Shown here: positions 26,671 to 40,863 of the stretch, piece by piece
How the letters are laid out: the number at the start of each line of letters is the position of its first letter
Position numbering within the stretch: the first letter of the stretch is position 1
DNA from: Mizuhopecten yessoensis
Taxonomy: Eukaryota
Direction: 5' to 3'
Assembly: GCF_002113885.1 (NCBI RefSeq)
Contig: NW_018407984.1
Span: forward strand, 565,473 to 629,472
Length of the DNA stretch: 64,000 bases
Notes under the pieces: generated by a model
The model's database searches: none
Seen by the model: only the letters and a program-made list of their open reading frames with translations
What the model was told of the DNA's origin: nothing
Made by a program: the position numbers and the translations under genes

Positions 26671-27653
26671 CCTTTGACCCAATGAAATAGGAATTACTAT
26701 AACATTGAGTTTAACTGTCTAAACGTACTGCCTGCGTAAGTGATTACGATGCACGTGACTTACTTGAACGCATAGATGGGGATGCACGTATTACAAGACT
26801 CGATTTGAGGGATTGCAGGAAATGGAACAAATGTGAAATGTTACTTTCTGTGTGCTCCTTATTGCGTTATGAAGAAAGTCTTCATACCAAACATGAATGT
26901 TTCGTAGCTCCACACACGATATCATACAGCAGACGAGTATAGAGTCGAGGTGTCCAAGGAACAGACCAACATTGACTAGACTCTCGGACTGTTCATAATG
27001 ACATGGACATCTGAAATGTATTTGTCATTCTCTGTGAAGTGAAGTTGCCTCATGAACGTCCATGTTTATCGCATTGTGTTGCTCTCCAGTGACAGTTGTT
27101 ATGTTGGAAACATATGACGTTCGCTCATAAACTGATGACGTATGCTCATGATTTGGCTACGTATCATTAAAGACAATCTTGGGAGGTGGACACCATCTTC
27201 AATATTTATGTAGCTTATTTTGTAGAGTTTTGTATTTTTTTAAGGAAAGCTAATTTTATAAGTCTGTTTTGACGTTTACAATTCAGTATAATTTATGATA
27301 AGTCTCTGACTAAGTATAACGCTTTGAACATTGTCGTATTAATAATACCTTGAAACTATTTTGGGAATATTTTGAATATAAAAATAAATCTAAGGAAATA
27401 TAATACTAGTATGAGTATTTGTATATGTAAATGTTTCATAAATATGTCCATTATAATGTCGATTTGTATTTCATAACAGTTGTAAGCACACAAAGCGCTT
27501 GTTATGCACATGCGCAGTAGATATAGTATCTTTTGTGTTTAATACGTCATGGATGTATGTGTACTATATATTGTATGTGAGAGAGTTATGTCTGTGAGAT
27601 TGGAGATACTTGTACATATTGTTCATAAACCTGTCACAATCATTTCATATATG

Positions 27654-27659
27654 AATAAA
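27654..27659 (+). terminator. Candidate Pax3/7 polyadenylation signal
   Basis: AATAAA about 1 kb after the stop, followed by GT/T-rich sequence; an earlier AATAAA near 27383 is an alternative. Confidence 0.45.
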
Positions 27660-30600
27660 AACAACAAGAAAGTATTGTTTGGACTTGTTCGTAAATAGTA
27701 TAGTAGACATGCGTGTTTCGATAAACAGGTATTTTTCAGCGATGCTAGAAGCACAAAAAGCTTCAAAAAGGGTTGAGATAAAAGCCAGCTATACTTCTTA
27801 ATTAGTAGGAGAATCTATAATGATTAGAAAGCATCTTTGTATAAGTACATAGTTCTTTGTTTATAAACATTCCTATTCAGTTCCTTTTATCATGCATTTA
27901 ATAACATAGAAACACAAATGACGAAAGAAGACAAATATTATTATTATTAGACATTACAATTACGACAGTTAATATACTCTAGTAATAATATTTGTACAAA
28001 TCGTAAGCATATGCTTTTAGAATACTTAAGATGATTTAAGATATGAACTGCCTGTCGTAATGTGTCTAATATATAGTACACAACAGGACGGTGATCATGT
28101 TGTAATACACTCGTGACAAATCCATTTGTAATATTGTAGGCAATGAAATACATGTAGGCTCAACTAACTAATGCGACTAAGGCACGGGCCGTTGATGAAC
28201 CCTTATAAAACATTTGAGAAACTGTATAAAAATTCAGATTAGATTACTACAGATACTATCGATCAGTCGACTACTAGGATAGTGCTTGTGATTATGATCT
28301 ACCACCCGCGACACAGAACGAGTGGTAGTGACAAGTAATACTACAAACAAGAGACTCCACTGAATGATGTCTTAATTAAAAATATATTGGTATGATAGTT
28401 CCAACAAATTTTGTCTAGTCAAGTACAATATAACGACACAATCCATGACAATCTTTTACTTCTTTTTATTAAAAAGGATGTTGGCATTCACGCTAGTATG
28501 AATGCATATTGCATGAAGCCTCTAGAGCTTCGTATAGAATGAGTATTTGACCGAATTGCAACTTCATACCGGCATGAAAAGTATTGAAAATCAATACCCA
28601 TATTTACATTATAAATATATAAATGATGACGTTATAAATATAAATATTTTCAACCTTTTGCTGTCTGTGCAATCGACATTTATAAAACAATCTGACGTCA
28701 TCTAACATCACAGCTTGCTGAATTAAGAACTCTATTTGGGTTAATACTGCATACCATGGTAGGGCCCATATATCCGTTAACAATGACATTTTCACAGATT
28801 TCGTGTTTATGTCATCTGCACGAAAATGTTCACGTGAAACAAAGGCACAATAACAAAAGCATCACTCGAGGAACCAAAACGCGTAAATTTACATTTTTTT
28901 CAGTACATTAAGGATGCATGCTTCCTTATTGTGACGTATTACTCACCACAAATGAGTTCAACCCTGATAGACTAGTCAAGTAATGTATTAAAATGGTAAT
29001 GTATAGTCAGTTTATTACTCTAACACGAACCACAAGCGTAATATTGAAGGTATGATCGAGCCTTAAGTGTTTACGTATAGTTGTTACCTTGCTTCTGAGT
29101 CTCGTGCGGCTAGCGTTTCTTACGCTGAATTCGTAACAGTAGTAAGGACCGATATAAGAATGTGGGGGTGATAGAGGTTATCAATTTATGTAAAATATAC
29201 ATAATAATATATAGTGCCGTGCTAATTACGGACTGCAACGTAGCGTAAAGCGCTTGTACTGGATACATACGTCAGTCTATCCCCTTCCTCACGAGTATTT
29301 AACATTCGATTACACCTATAGAAATAAGGCGTTCTCTAACGGGAAATATTAAGTCACGTCCGTGGAATAAACCATCTCCGTACTTCCGGTGTAAGAGATG
29401 TTTCCGCTTTGATTGGATAAGGGCGCAGTTCGCTCTCCTGGCGACTGATTTAATAATTAATTTACATTGACATTCCCATCGATAGGGATTTAAAATGAAT
29501 GTGTTGATTCAATGCAACTTTTGAGATGACAAGCGTAAAATTCAGTATAAAAATCCCCCCAAGTGGCCCTTTTTTATTTGGTGTGTTAATTATGTTATTA
29601 GCATGGCGCAGACGACATTGAATATAATCCCGTCATCCTACCGCGCGCTCACAAAAGCCAGGCGCCATTTTAGAAATGGGGTGCACTTAGTCGCTCGGTT
29701 TCCAATCGGGGTGGTTTACTGGTTTTATTGTTAGAGAACTGGCTTAATAAATAAATTAATACGTATATCCCGACGTGTAAACGTTACCGGAGACTCGTCG
29801 GTCAGGTAAACATGGCCGCCCTGCCTCTGTGTACTTAGCGATGGAAGTACCCAGGGGGCGGCACGATAGATGTGGCGTAACTATAGCGTTAAAGATGATT
29901 AAATCAATCAGACAAACACACATCGTGTAAAATATAGATCTTATTCTACAATAAGCCTTTAGAACACGTCTGGTATAGTGATTAAAAGTATCATTTCAAA
30001 TTATAAATTACATGAAATCACTAATACAATCACTGAGAGTAAAAAAGAGTTTTTCGCGTTTTTCTCTTTATACTCTTTGCGCGATGTGTACAATTGCGCG
30101 CTGATGATATAGGCGATGATTTTAAAATGAATTAACCATGTTTAATGTAACTGGTAAAATGTTAAAACAAAACTTAAAAGCAATCGCATCCGGCTTTTCT
30201 CAACGATTGTATGTTTAGAAATCATGATTCGACTTTAATGATCTCAAGCGCTTGACATATTGTACTCATACATGACACACGTAGTCTACCTATCATCTTG
30301 AACGCTGAATATAATAAGTTCAAGGCTGGAGATGATAAATGTGTGCTCTAAAAATAACCACCATACTTTTTAAAAGTATATTTTTGTGTCAACAGATAAA
30401 GGCAAAGTATAACACACAACGACAAAATCTTAACTCAAAGCCGATACGAAACGACAAAACAGATATTTATATTAACAGGATGACGTCACACAGTGAGTGA
30501 TGACGTCACGTGCCCTGTCATAGACTTGCACAATTACAGTATTTAAGAAATCATTAAAAGTATCAAAACCGCACTGAATGTAAATTCAGAATTCAATCCT

Positions 30601-30939
30601 TCTTGTGTATAGACACTATCACATGTATTTAAAAAAAGGCAGACTTCTGCGATTGTACAACCTAATTTAATATTATTTGCGGTACACATTGCATGCCTGT
30701 ATTTAGCAAGGTGTTAAATTCAAATATTTCTGACACATTATTATCTAAAGACAATAATATATAACCGTTTTATAGAAGTCTGTATATATATCATTATACA
30801 TTGTGGACCTTCCCTCATAAGGTTTGTAAACGTGGTATTCTGACAACTATCTATCTGCTCTTTGATATGACTATTACAAGTTGAACGAGTTCCTATTCTA
30901 TAATGGTCAGGAAAGACCCTCAGCGATGTTCATACTTAT

Positions 30940-31620
30940 CACATAATATGTTCAACAACGTTTCGTATCAACTAATGAACATTGCATGTTCAGCATTACA
31001 ATTACATTATCATAGCGATCTTTTATCATTTTATCAGTAACATGATAATTAACCATTGTGTTCGATATACAACATCGTAATATATTATTATAACTTGTTA
31101 ATTTATAATTACAACTTTTATTTTAACATAAGAACATTTTGATTTATCATAACATGATATTTTACCATAACAACCGAATACAGTTAGAACAACGATTTGA
31201 CATAACCAATATATTAAAAATTACAACATCGAAATTTGACATCAAACATTTAAACACTAAAACAGAGTATTGTTACATTTACAACATAATAATTTATCAC
31301 TGCATTTTATTTAAATCTGAAAACGTTATAATTGTATTACAACGTTAGATTTTATCATGAAACATTATATACCATTATTACACCATTTTATCATTCCGCA
31401 TAATTCATGCACATAATATACATCATTGCAATATATTTTAAATATTACGGCGGTATTTCATCATTTCTCCATTATAATTTAATATGATAACAGTATAATT
31501 TAACAATAGAACATTGTGTATTAACATCAAATTTTAAAAATTTCAACATTATGTTAACATTTCAACATTAAATTAATTAATACAACAATATATTTTCAAA
31601 TAATTAAAGTTTTTTATTAA
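30940..31620. repeat. Degenerate AT-rich low-complexity repeat (AACAT/ATAACAT-rich)
   Basis: Recurring AACAT-type motifs and very low G content. Confidence 0.5.
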
Positions 31621-33429
31621 AATAAATACGTTTACTTGCGTTATATGCCCTGACAAATGTTCCGTCTAAGGCAGCTCAAGAGTGAGGTTCCAATACGTTA
31701 AAGTGGTAAGAGAAGAAATAAGCCTTTACAAAATACATGTAATAAAATAGGTTTTGCTGATGTTATAAAGACCATCAGGCATTTGTTGCTATATCATATC
31801 AGATTAATGACGATCTTTTATTTTTTTTAGCTGGGCTAAGAGTCGTGTTAACATCGTCCAGAAACGCTCTGTCAATTTGAAACGAAAAAGAAAATCATTT
31901 AAGATCCGATAAGTAATTGATTGTCATAGAATCAATAATTATAATAGTGCATTGATTATATTGCTGCAATTTTGCTCAAATATGACTGCTTCACTGTCTC
32001 GTATCACAGCAAACTTCTAATTTAACATCCGATATTCTATTAAGTAACTTTTGGATCAATTAAAAATTGCAGTTTTTTTGACATCAGGGTTGAAATAAAA
32101 CATTGGTAAACTGTTAAAATTGGCAAATAAAGATTGCAAATAATTCTTTTCCATATCGCAACGTTTTGTAATAAACCGCCACAAATACATATCATTTATT
32201 ATAATTAAATACTGAAGAAATAATCACAACAAGACAATTATTTAATCTTCTTTAAATTATAGTACTTTCTGTGGCATTAATAAGCAAGTAGACCCGGGGG
32301 CGTGGTCTTCTCTCCCTCTCTCTTTTCTCATGCAGGTATGAACAAATCGACTGATGGGGTTTGAGTCATTGATGTGAAAACGAAGAAAGAATAATCCTTA
32401 CTTATGAGTATTTGTTACTGATCAGATCATTTATGACTACCAGGTTACCATGTCCACGCTTAGTTTAGTAATAATTGTACCCATTTGTAATACTATGTAT
32501 CATTTTTATGAGTGTGTTATATTTTAGTTTTGATATTATATATACTTATAGTTGCTGATATAGATTGAGCATCACACCAAACACTGTAGCTCATGGCGGC
32601 GGTAGGTTCAGCACCATGCAGCACCCCATGGTTTAACAATGGTAGCTGATATTCTACAAAGAGTCCCAACAGGGCTTCTGTCATGCTTTGTCCAGAGCAA
32701 ATGTCTTAATATATTCCGGGTCATATATGACAAATCTGTAGCGACCGAATACATAATAAAGCGGTAAATAGAAGGTGTCATGCATCCAATTAGTGTCATA
32801 CATATTTATTTACCTCTGGGGTGTTACAATATGGGGATTAATACTCGTATAAAAGGTGTGGACACTTTTAATGTAGTCTTGCCGGACCACCGGAATACTA
32901 GGGTCAACTGAGGGCGTTATGAATACCAATGATGAACTGCCAACTATCTTTTCAAGTCCTCAGTACGACGTGTATATATTAAATAAAATATCAAAAGATT
33001 CGAGCAAAGCAGTACGGAAAAAGTATACAATATCGTCAACGATGAGGACAAATATACAGTTGGTTACAAAGGTATATATCAAAGCATTAATGCACAAGGA
33101 TAATGTGATATAAAATATACACAACTGTCAATGAATAAGTAGAAAAAAAGGGAAAATCACAAACAAAACAAAAATATAATACATCTCAGCGTTTACACAT
33201 TAGGACCAAGTAATATAGAAAAAGTATAAAATGTAATCAACGCCTAAGGAGAAAATACACAGATGATGTAGTTATGTATAGTTCAACATCAATACGCAAG
33301 CATATTGTAATGTAAAAAATATATTGGAAATTATATCAAAACTGCAGTGTAAAAAGATATGAAAATCATCACGGTGTCAGTCGACAGAGAGCAAATAATA
33401 TCGAAAATCCTACCAATATATACCACTGT

Positions 33430-33538
33430 GTAAACACACACGGACAACTAAATAGACAAATACAGTTCAACGTTAATTAGACGTAAACACACAGGGACAA
33501 TTAAATAGACAAATACAGTTCAATGTTAATTAGACGTA
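33430..33538. repeat. 53-bp tandem duplication
   Basis: GTAAACACACAc/gGGACAAc/tTAAATAGACAAATACAGTTCAAc/tGTTAATTAGAC x2. Confidence 0.9.
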
Positions 33539-36500
33539 TACACCACTTCGTTACCCAATATAGAAAAATATACACTGTACAGACCAACAGCGTGAACACT
33601 CGAGCTTAAAGTAACGGAGAAAGTAAAATAAAAAATGTATGTATTGCAGTACAAAGTTAATGAAGTTCATGCAAAACCACGGTATCAACAAGTCACGTTT
33701 TATCGAAAACAAATATGTTACCCAGCGTCAACTTACAAGCATAAGATACCAACATAAATTCTTTACAAACAGATAACTGGAATAGGAAAGGTCCGGCATC
33801 TAAGCAAACAGGACATCATAAACCCGAACAATTCTCTTGTCGAAAGCCGGGGATCCATGCAAAGAAATGTTTCCTATAGCACACGTGGCTCCCGTCAAGA
33901 TGTTCCCAGTCAAATCAAGGGATGAGGTGACTGGTTAAAAACACGTTATTACTGTTATCTAAAACCAAGTCTTCTAGGTATAAAACCTGGATTAACTGCA
34001 TCTATTGGCTATGTTAACCCCACAAATAGGCGAAGCTGGTATGTCACCCTTAGCGGAAAGGAAAGTAGCAGCCTTGAAATAATTGACATTACGTTTGTCA
34101 CAGAGTATGATATTGAGCTGATCATAAGTGTATTAGAATATGTGAACATGAAGGCGATAAGTCTGTTGTAGTTTTAGTTTGAAGGTTTTGAGGATAAACT
34201 ACAAGTGTAGCTATTGAACGTTAGGTTCTCATGGACAACACATAATCATTATATTCCAATGGAAAAAAAACCATTTCAATTTCAAAATGAATGAGAAGGA
34301 AAAGGCAGGTATCTTAACTGTGTAATATGCATTGCATCAATTAAGTTTCTAACAATTACAAAAACAGATCAACAATAACATTTAAACAGTCAATACTCAT
34401 AGGAATATCGAGACTTTGTTGCAAGAATCTCCTTTCAAAAACGTTGTCACACAAAACACAACGTTTTATTTAGATGTTTCTTTCGTAATCAATAACTTCG
34501 CTACAGCGTTTAAATGCTTAACAAGATTCGGTTTAAAACCCTTCTCCTTCAACTGCCTTTCAGTCTTGATGAAGTTTATCATCTTTTCTGTAGACTTGAT
34601 AAGTGTATGTTAAATATCAAGTGCATGTAAACTTGCTAAGGTTCAACAGATTTATATACAATAAGTGAATCAAGTATGAACTCTATTTTTTATATCCTCT
34701 TCGTCTATGTTTACTCATGATTGTATTGTGTATTACATAAACTAAACTTGCTTAAGTCGATAAATAGGTAGCTAGGGAAATGAGTGATACTAGTTCAGAT
34801 TGATAATCATGCTATCTTCCGAAATCACTCAGCCTGACAAACAGTCTACGTTCTCCGTTGTCCAATATATAGAGTCGTATCCTCTCCAGTCATCACCTAG
34901 CCATGACTTAGAAATTCCAATCGTCATCCATTGAATTATTTCTTTTGTTCCAGAAATCAATTGCAACTGTTTCTTTTCATCAGAAAACATGGCAAAACCT
35001 TTGCATTTTCTTGGTACTTATGGAAAATGGAAGCCGGGGAAATATGTTTTTTAGTTGTTTTTTATAATGTAGGTTGGCATAATTTGTCCGATTGTTTTGC
35101 ATTCTATGTATTGTGCAATTATTTGTTTTAATGACCTAGTATGCTGCCGGCGACTTTTGCAAGTGAGATAAATCACTCTCGTATAATTATTGTTCGGGTC
35201 GAGATTGTGAAGCAAATGGGTGGATAGACTACAAATATCATATAAAACCAAAACAACAATGCTCCAACGTAAACGAGTCTTGAGTGTGTTCGTAAATGTT
35301 CAGCGCCACTGACAATTGGCAATTCCACGCTACAGGTGAAGGAACATTTCACACCAAGTCTGCACACAAATCGAAACGACAAAAACTGAATTTTTAAAAA
35401 AGCTGAGATATAAAATTGGTCTTAATCTTGACACGATACATTTTTTTATGTAGAGTCTATGTTCATCCGAATTATCGCCGTGACAAAGGCCACAAGTGGA
35501 CGGGATGGAACAAACGTTTGATCTCTCCGCTTTCCATAGTTAACCATTAAACAGTCATTTAGACACAGCGATTACTCTCTCCCCAGTAGCGTACACAACC
35601 CAGGCAAGAAATGCCTCAGCAATAACCGGGCTCACTGATACCAAATGTATAACAAGCTTACAATACCAATATACACAATAAAGAAGGTTGAAATGTTATG
35701 AACAAAACAGTTTAAAAGCTAGATATCAACAAAAGTTAGATAAGGATATAGCGACAATAGTAAAAGAAAAATAATTTAAAAAGAAGAGTTTTGATAGTTG
35801 TTTATATAATAAAACCTTCTTACTGGATATTGGTAGGATAACCAAGCTTTTAAATAGTGGATACATTCTCGGCTTGTTCGTATTTCCGGTCCATTTATTT
35901 ACAATTGATTATGATTTTATATATACAGAATATTCGGCAATAAATAGTTTATGACGTTTTAGTGGCCCGGTCGGCGACAGTCGGTGATTCGGTATGTACC
36001 TGTTTCTTTAATACCCATCAAATACAGCATTTCAGGGTACTTAAAATAGGATCAGATCGGATTGTAGCTGAAAAGATGCGGCGCAATTTTACATGACTAT
36101 ATTGACGAGAGTTTATGGAGAGATGCGTTTATTTAGATCATGTAACAAAGAGGCGACAATAGAAGACATTGGCTACCTTCGACAGTTTAAGGCTATTTTC
36201 AAACTTTCCGTCAAAACAAGAAATATGTTCATGATTTTTTAGCTGGAATTCCTCAGTGTAATCTTCCAAAATATGTCATTCCTTATTCATTTTTGTGACA
36301 CACGTTTTGTTTAGACCTGCGTTTAAATGTAGTTTAGATAACGTGCACAGTAGTCGTCTTACATAAACGATATCAGATCGCAAAGAAACAGAGACTATTC
36401 ATTTGTTTTAACGGATATCAATTTTGTTCTTGTTTCCTCGTAAGCAAATCTTTAAAACATTTGATGCTCGACTCAAAAGAAAAAAAATAGAAAAAGAAAA

Positions 36501-36655
36501 AAAAAGAAAAAATTGTAGAAAGATGTGTTTTCTTTCTATTTTGTCGAAAATCTCGCCGTGTTCAACTATGTTTTGTAAAAAAGTGAATCGTGCATTTTTC
36601 GACTGCAAATTTGGGATATATAGAACATTGCTGAATGCATAAAATTATAAATTCT

Positions 36656-36900
36656 GGGTGGCTGGGTGCTGCAGTGGATAGCGCACTTGCCTTTCCCCAA
36701 GGCGACCGGGGATCGAATTACCGATCGGAAGTGAAAAGGTATTTGGTCACCTGCCCGATCACGAGGGTTTTCTCCGGGTACTTCTGTTTCCTCCCACATT
36801 AAGAACACCGCGCGTTAACACCCGGACAAACAAGAGTGATTATTTCTAAGTTGAATAACTTGTTTCATAATTATTGTAAAATAAATGAAGTTTATTTTTT
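36656..36900 (+). mobile_element. tRNA-derived SINE with V-domain-like core
   Basis: A-box-like TGCTGCAGTGG, B-box-like GGATCGAATTACC, core GGGTTTTCTCCGGGTACTTCTGTTTCCTCCCAC typical of V-SINEs, AT-rich tail. Confidence 0.75.
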
Positions 36901-38782
36901 TAAACGGAAGGGCGAATTCAAAACTAGAGGAAAGTTATTGTACATATACAAGTTTCAAAATAATAGTAAACGAAATCAACTGGCAAAAAAAAAGAGTCGA
37001 GGCATACATCTGACATTTTAAAGTACTTTCTGTAGCTAAATGATTTTTTGTATGTTTAGGAATTCAGTCAGAATTTCATTTCTTTAAAGGTATAACATAA
37101 CTTTATTTTATTTTGTAGTAAATATTTTAAGCATGATGTTGAACATTGAGTTAAATGCATTAAGTATGTATTTTAGGTATTTAGTGAATAATTGCAAAGA
37201 CGAGTGGGGTCCCCATGCATGGTGTCATAATTGTGAAATATAATTACCTATTTATTATAAGCCATTTACGAAGTTCCTTGAGATGATCCGTTTTGGCGCC
37301 ACACACACGAAGGGAGTAAGGCGTGGGGTTAAACCGTGTGATTTTTAACATTCAAAATCATATCAAACAACAATGGGCCATTACAGACAGAGTTTTACAT
37401 ATTTAACCGGATCATTTGAGCACTTCCATCCCTCACCGGTAACGCTGCATCCAATCACTTTCACATACAGCGGCCATTTGCATCAGTAATCGGATTCATT
37501 CTAGCGTTTGTCGCATACGACGGTAAAGAAATAATGGCCTATTATATGTAGACCTAGGTTAAATCATATCCTCGGGGTTCCTACAAATATTCGCGCCATT
37601 AAACGCACTTTTTCTAGTATTGAATTTCACATTACCCGGCACGGGGAAAATCCTTTGTAATAAACAAGAAAATATATACATTACAAATAAACCGTTAAAC
37701 ATATTTTCGCCATATAAAGATGATTCTAGCTAGATCAAAGACCGTTGTGCTAACGTTAATTCATGACTTGCAAAGATGTAAAATTCAAGATGATAGAAAT
37801 TTTCAGCTAAATTAACTTCACATAGGAGATTTTAACTGCTTCAGTAAGTTACTGCCTGCAAAACGTTTCTGTGACGCCGACGACCATGCTTGTAACCTAA
37901 TGAGTTCAACCTGAGATGACCTCGGAACACCTCTAAATGATCGGAATACGTTTAACATTTACACAGCAGTAATATATTGGATTGGAAAATTGTTTTATAA
38001 TCTGTTTTATTGAACCTGTCAGATTAACGAATTTTAAAGTGCATTGTGGGTTAGTTCTAGAGTAGAATGTTCTCATAACTCCAGCAGGAAAAACTAATTT
38101 AAACGGAATTGTTCGGGAAGGGAATCGCCGGGGAGGAGAAAGTCGTCAGTTGTATTACTAACCACTAGATAATGGAATCTGGCACATTTCCATTTAAATG
38201 GTTCAATCATTTGGAGAATGGAAGCACAAAAGAATTTCAAATCGAAACAAATATTTAAAGAACCCCTTTCTGCTTTTAACGCAGATTACATATGTATATA
38301 CGTAGAACTCTGAACTCCTAACAAGGTTTTTATGAACTTCTCATTTTATGAAAATGAATGAATACACAAAAAATATAAAGACAAGAATTAATGGATGTTC
38401 TTGCATCAATGTGTGAATGCTATTACTGTAGTACCCTACATTATCACAAAACCATTTTCATGGAAAGCCATGGTATGCTGTATCCCATTATATGATCGCA
38501 TGAGGCGACCAATGCGGGATAATCTGCAGAATAAGGTTTTTCTTCTTATTTTTAATTCTTGGTCAAGAAACTAACGCTGAATTGTTGTCATCCGTTACAA
38601 AACACAGCCGTTTTATCCAGTTATATCTTCAGCTGCGGAAAATTGTGTCAGGACAATATCACGTTTTCTGATAATAATATATTGGTACCGTTTCCAAAAG
38701 AGAAAGTTACTACTGTATCCGTTTCACCGACGAACAAAACAATAAAATTTAAACAGAAAATAAATAAAATGATAAAAAAGAG

Positions 38783-39105
38783 TTTGGTTTGTTTGTTTAT
38801 CTGGAGTATCACGTCCCCGACACCTAAGGGGTTATAAAGACCGAGTCTAGGGAGGATGGGATCACTCAAGGCACTCTTTAAAGTACCAAGACATTAACAT
38901 ATCATAACTTGGACACGGCAGTTTGACACTCCACCCGTGTGTCCTATACTGATAGCGATAACCCTGCCATTATTGACATCTATTTAATGGTGAACGTCAA
39001 ACATAAGATACTAAGTACCAAATATAAAATCTTAGGCTTTACGCAGTCATGGAACACAACCAATACTATTCCTCACTTGGGAGAATACTTAAAACCAAAG
39101 TTAAA
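38783..39105 (-). mobile_element. Degraded tRNA-derived SINE (Meta/CORE-type, recognised from memory)
   Basis: (TTTG)n tail at the left end; ATGGTGAACGTCAAACA...AGTACCAAATATAAAATCTTAGGCTTTACGCAG resembles the reverse complement of molluscan SINE head/core sequence. Confidence 0.45.
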
Positions 39106-39534
39106 AGCGTGGTATTGCTTTGTAAGGCATTATGAAACGAAAGTAGTCAGAAAAGAAAGAGAGAGAAAAGCTCCGAAATGTTACCCCTGGTAAAGCATTT
39201 TACTTGTACATTTATGTATTTTGGTCGCTTTAATGTCCCGCAGAAAAAAAAGGTACAAAAGAAAATCTTAAGTTCCGCAGAGGCTTTCCGCATAAGTCGC
39301 CACGTTGATGAGTAAGTAACGAAAGAAAATTATTTTTGATCTTCTCGACCTATCGCAACCTATGCTTTTTTAACTTTTGAGATTTTGTACAGTTTTCTGT
39401 ACTTAAAATATGTTTATTAGCCTCTCTTCATAATGCTCTTCGAGGTTTTAGAACGACTTGATTCAATTGTGACATAATAATGGGATTAAATTATATATAG
39501 CTTGTCACTGAAAGAATATCAGAGTCAGTAAAAA

Positions 39535-40433
39535 AACAATAATTCCACGGAAGTGGATGTGTCGCCTGCGCAGGAAGCTGGGAGATTACGAAGAAATAGA
39601 TACACTTTTCATTTCAAGAAATAATGTTAAAAGTAAGCAATAATTATAGATTATGTTTTTGGATGGCATCATTTTGTTATATAATCTGTTATTCTGGGAA
39701 GAATACTCTGAGTTTTAAGGAACTTGCTATGGATACTCATTGTCTCAATTCCAAGTTTAATTTGTATGAATTGTCGGATGGTTTCCCATAAATAAATGAA
39801 TAAACTTGTGGACTATGATGTTAAACAGCTAGTGTTGTCAATAACATTTGGAGTAAGACGGCATTTCAGAGGTATACACGGTGGGTCAAGTGGTAGATCG
39901 AAGCCGTCCAGTATACAGTTTTAGTGAAGTTTCTATTTATAGTAACAGTAACCTTGACCTTTGACCTTCGGACCTGAAAACCAATCCCAAGCAAGCACTT
40001 TTGGTAAGGAAGCACTGCATGATGTTCGAGTTTGATCGGCCAAAGGAAACTCAAGTTATCGCACGAAAACAGATTTTCTATTTATAGTAACAGTGACCTT
40101 GACCTTTGAACTTCGGACCTGAAAAGCAATCCCAAGCAAGCATTTTTGGTAAGGAAGCACTGGATGAAGTTTGAGTTTGATCGGCCCAAGGCAACTCAAG
40201 TTATCGCACGAAAACAGATTTTCTATTTATAGTAACAGTGACCTTGACCTTTGACCTTCGGACCTGAAAAGCAATCCAAAGCAAGCACTTTTGGTAAGGA
40301 AGCACTGCATGAAGTTTGAGTTTGATCGGCTCAAGGAAACTCAAGTTATCGCACGAAAACCTCTGTTCGGACGACGCCGACGCCGACAAAGCAATACCTA
40401 TGTGTCACCAGCTTTTCGCAGGCGACACAAAAA
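39535..40433 (+). mobile_element. HINE / non-autonomous Helentron-type element with a central array of three 145-bp repeats
   Basis: Subterminal inverted repeat TGTGTCGCCTGCG (~39558) / CGCAGGCGACACA (~40417); 145-bp units at 39936, 40081 and 40226 with GACCTTGACCTTTGACC; (GACGCC)n microsatellite and a 3' stem-loop. Confidence 0.75.
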
Positions 40434-40863
40434 GGACTACGCCGGGACAAATTCTGAATTTCTTTTTGATCCCTGTCCCTCCTTGTCCTAATGCGACTCC
40501 GTAACGAACGACAAAACGCTTTTATACATTAATTGCCTTTGACATTACTCAGATTTCTTAGATTAGACTTCGATTGATTTGTAGAATATATTATACTACT
40601 TGGTTATTTTTCATGGGTCTTCGTTTGAAAAAGTCTTTTTAATAGTCATATTTCATCATGGTTGCATTGATTTTGAGTTCGCAGATTACAGTTACGTTTC
40701 CGTATTTACTCACCAACGAACTAGTATACAAACCAAACGAGATAGTGTACTGAAGCATAATCAAAAATTGCTATTCATATCCCACGGGGTAACATATAAT
40801 CTCCCAATGATATCATGATGGCGATTAGTCATTTTGCTTATAGTTTTCATCAACCGGAAATCT

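Noticed and set aside
28179-28200. TAAGGCACG (miR-124 5' end); also TCTTTGGTTAT at ~4356 (miR-9 5' end)
   Set aside because: Seed-length matches only; the remainder diverges and no hairpin forms.
7312-30870. Multiple TCF/LEF CTTTGAT sites around Pax3/7
   Set aside because: Count is compatible with chance in AT-rich DNA.
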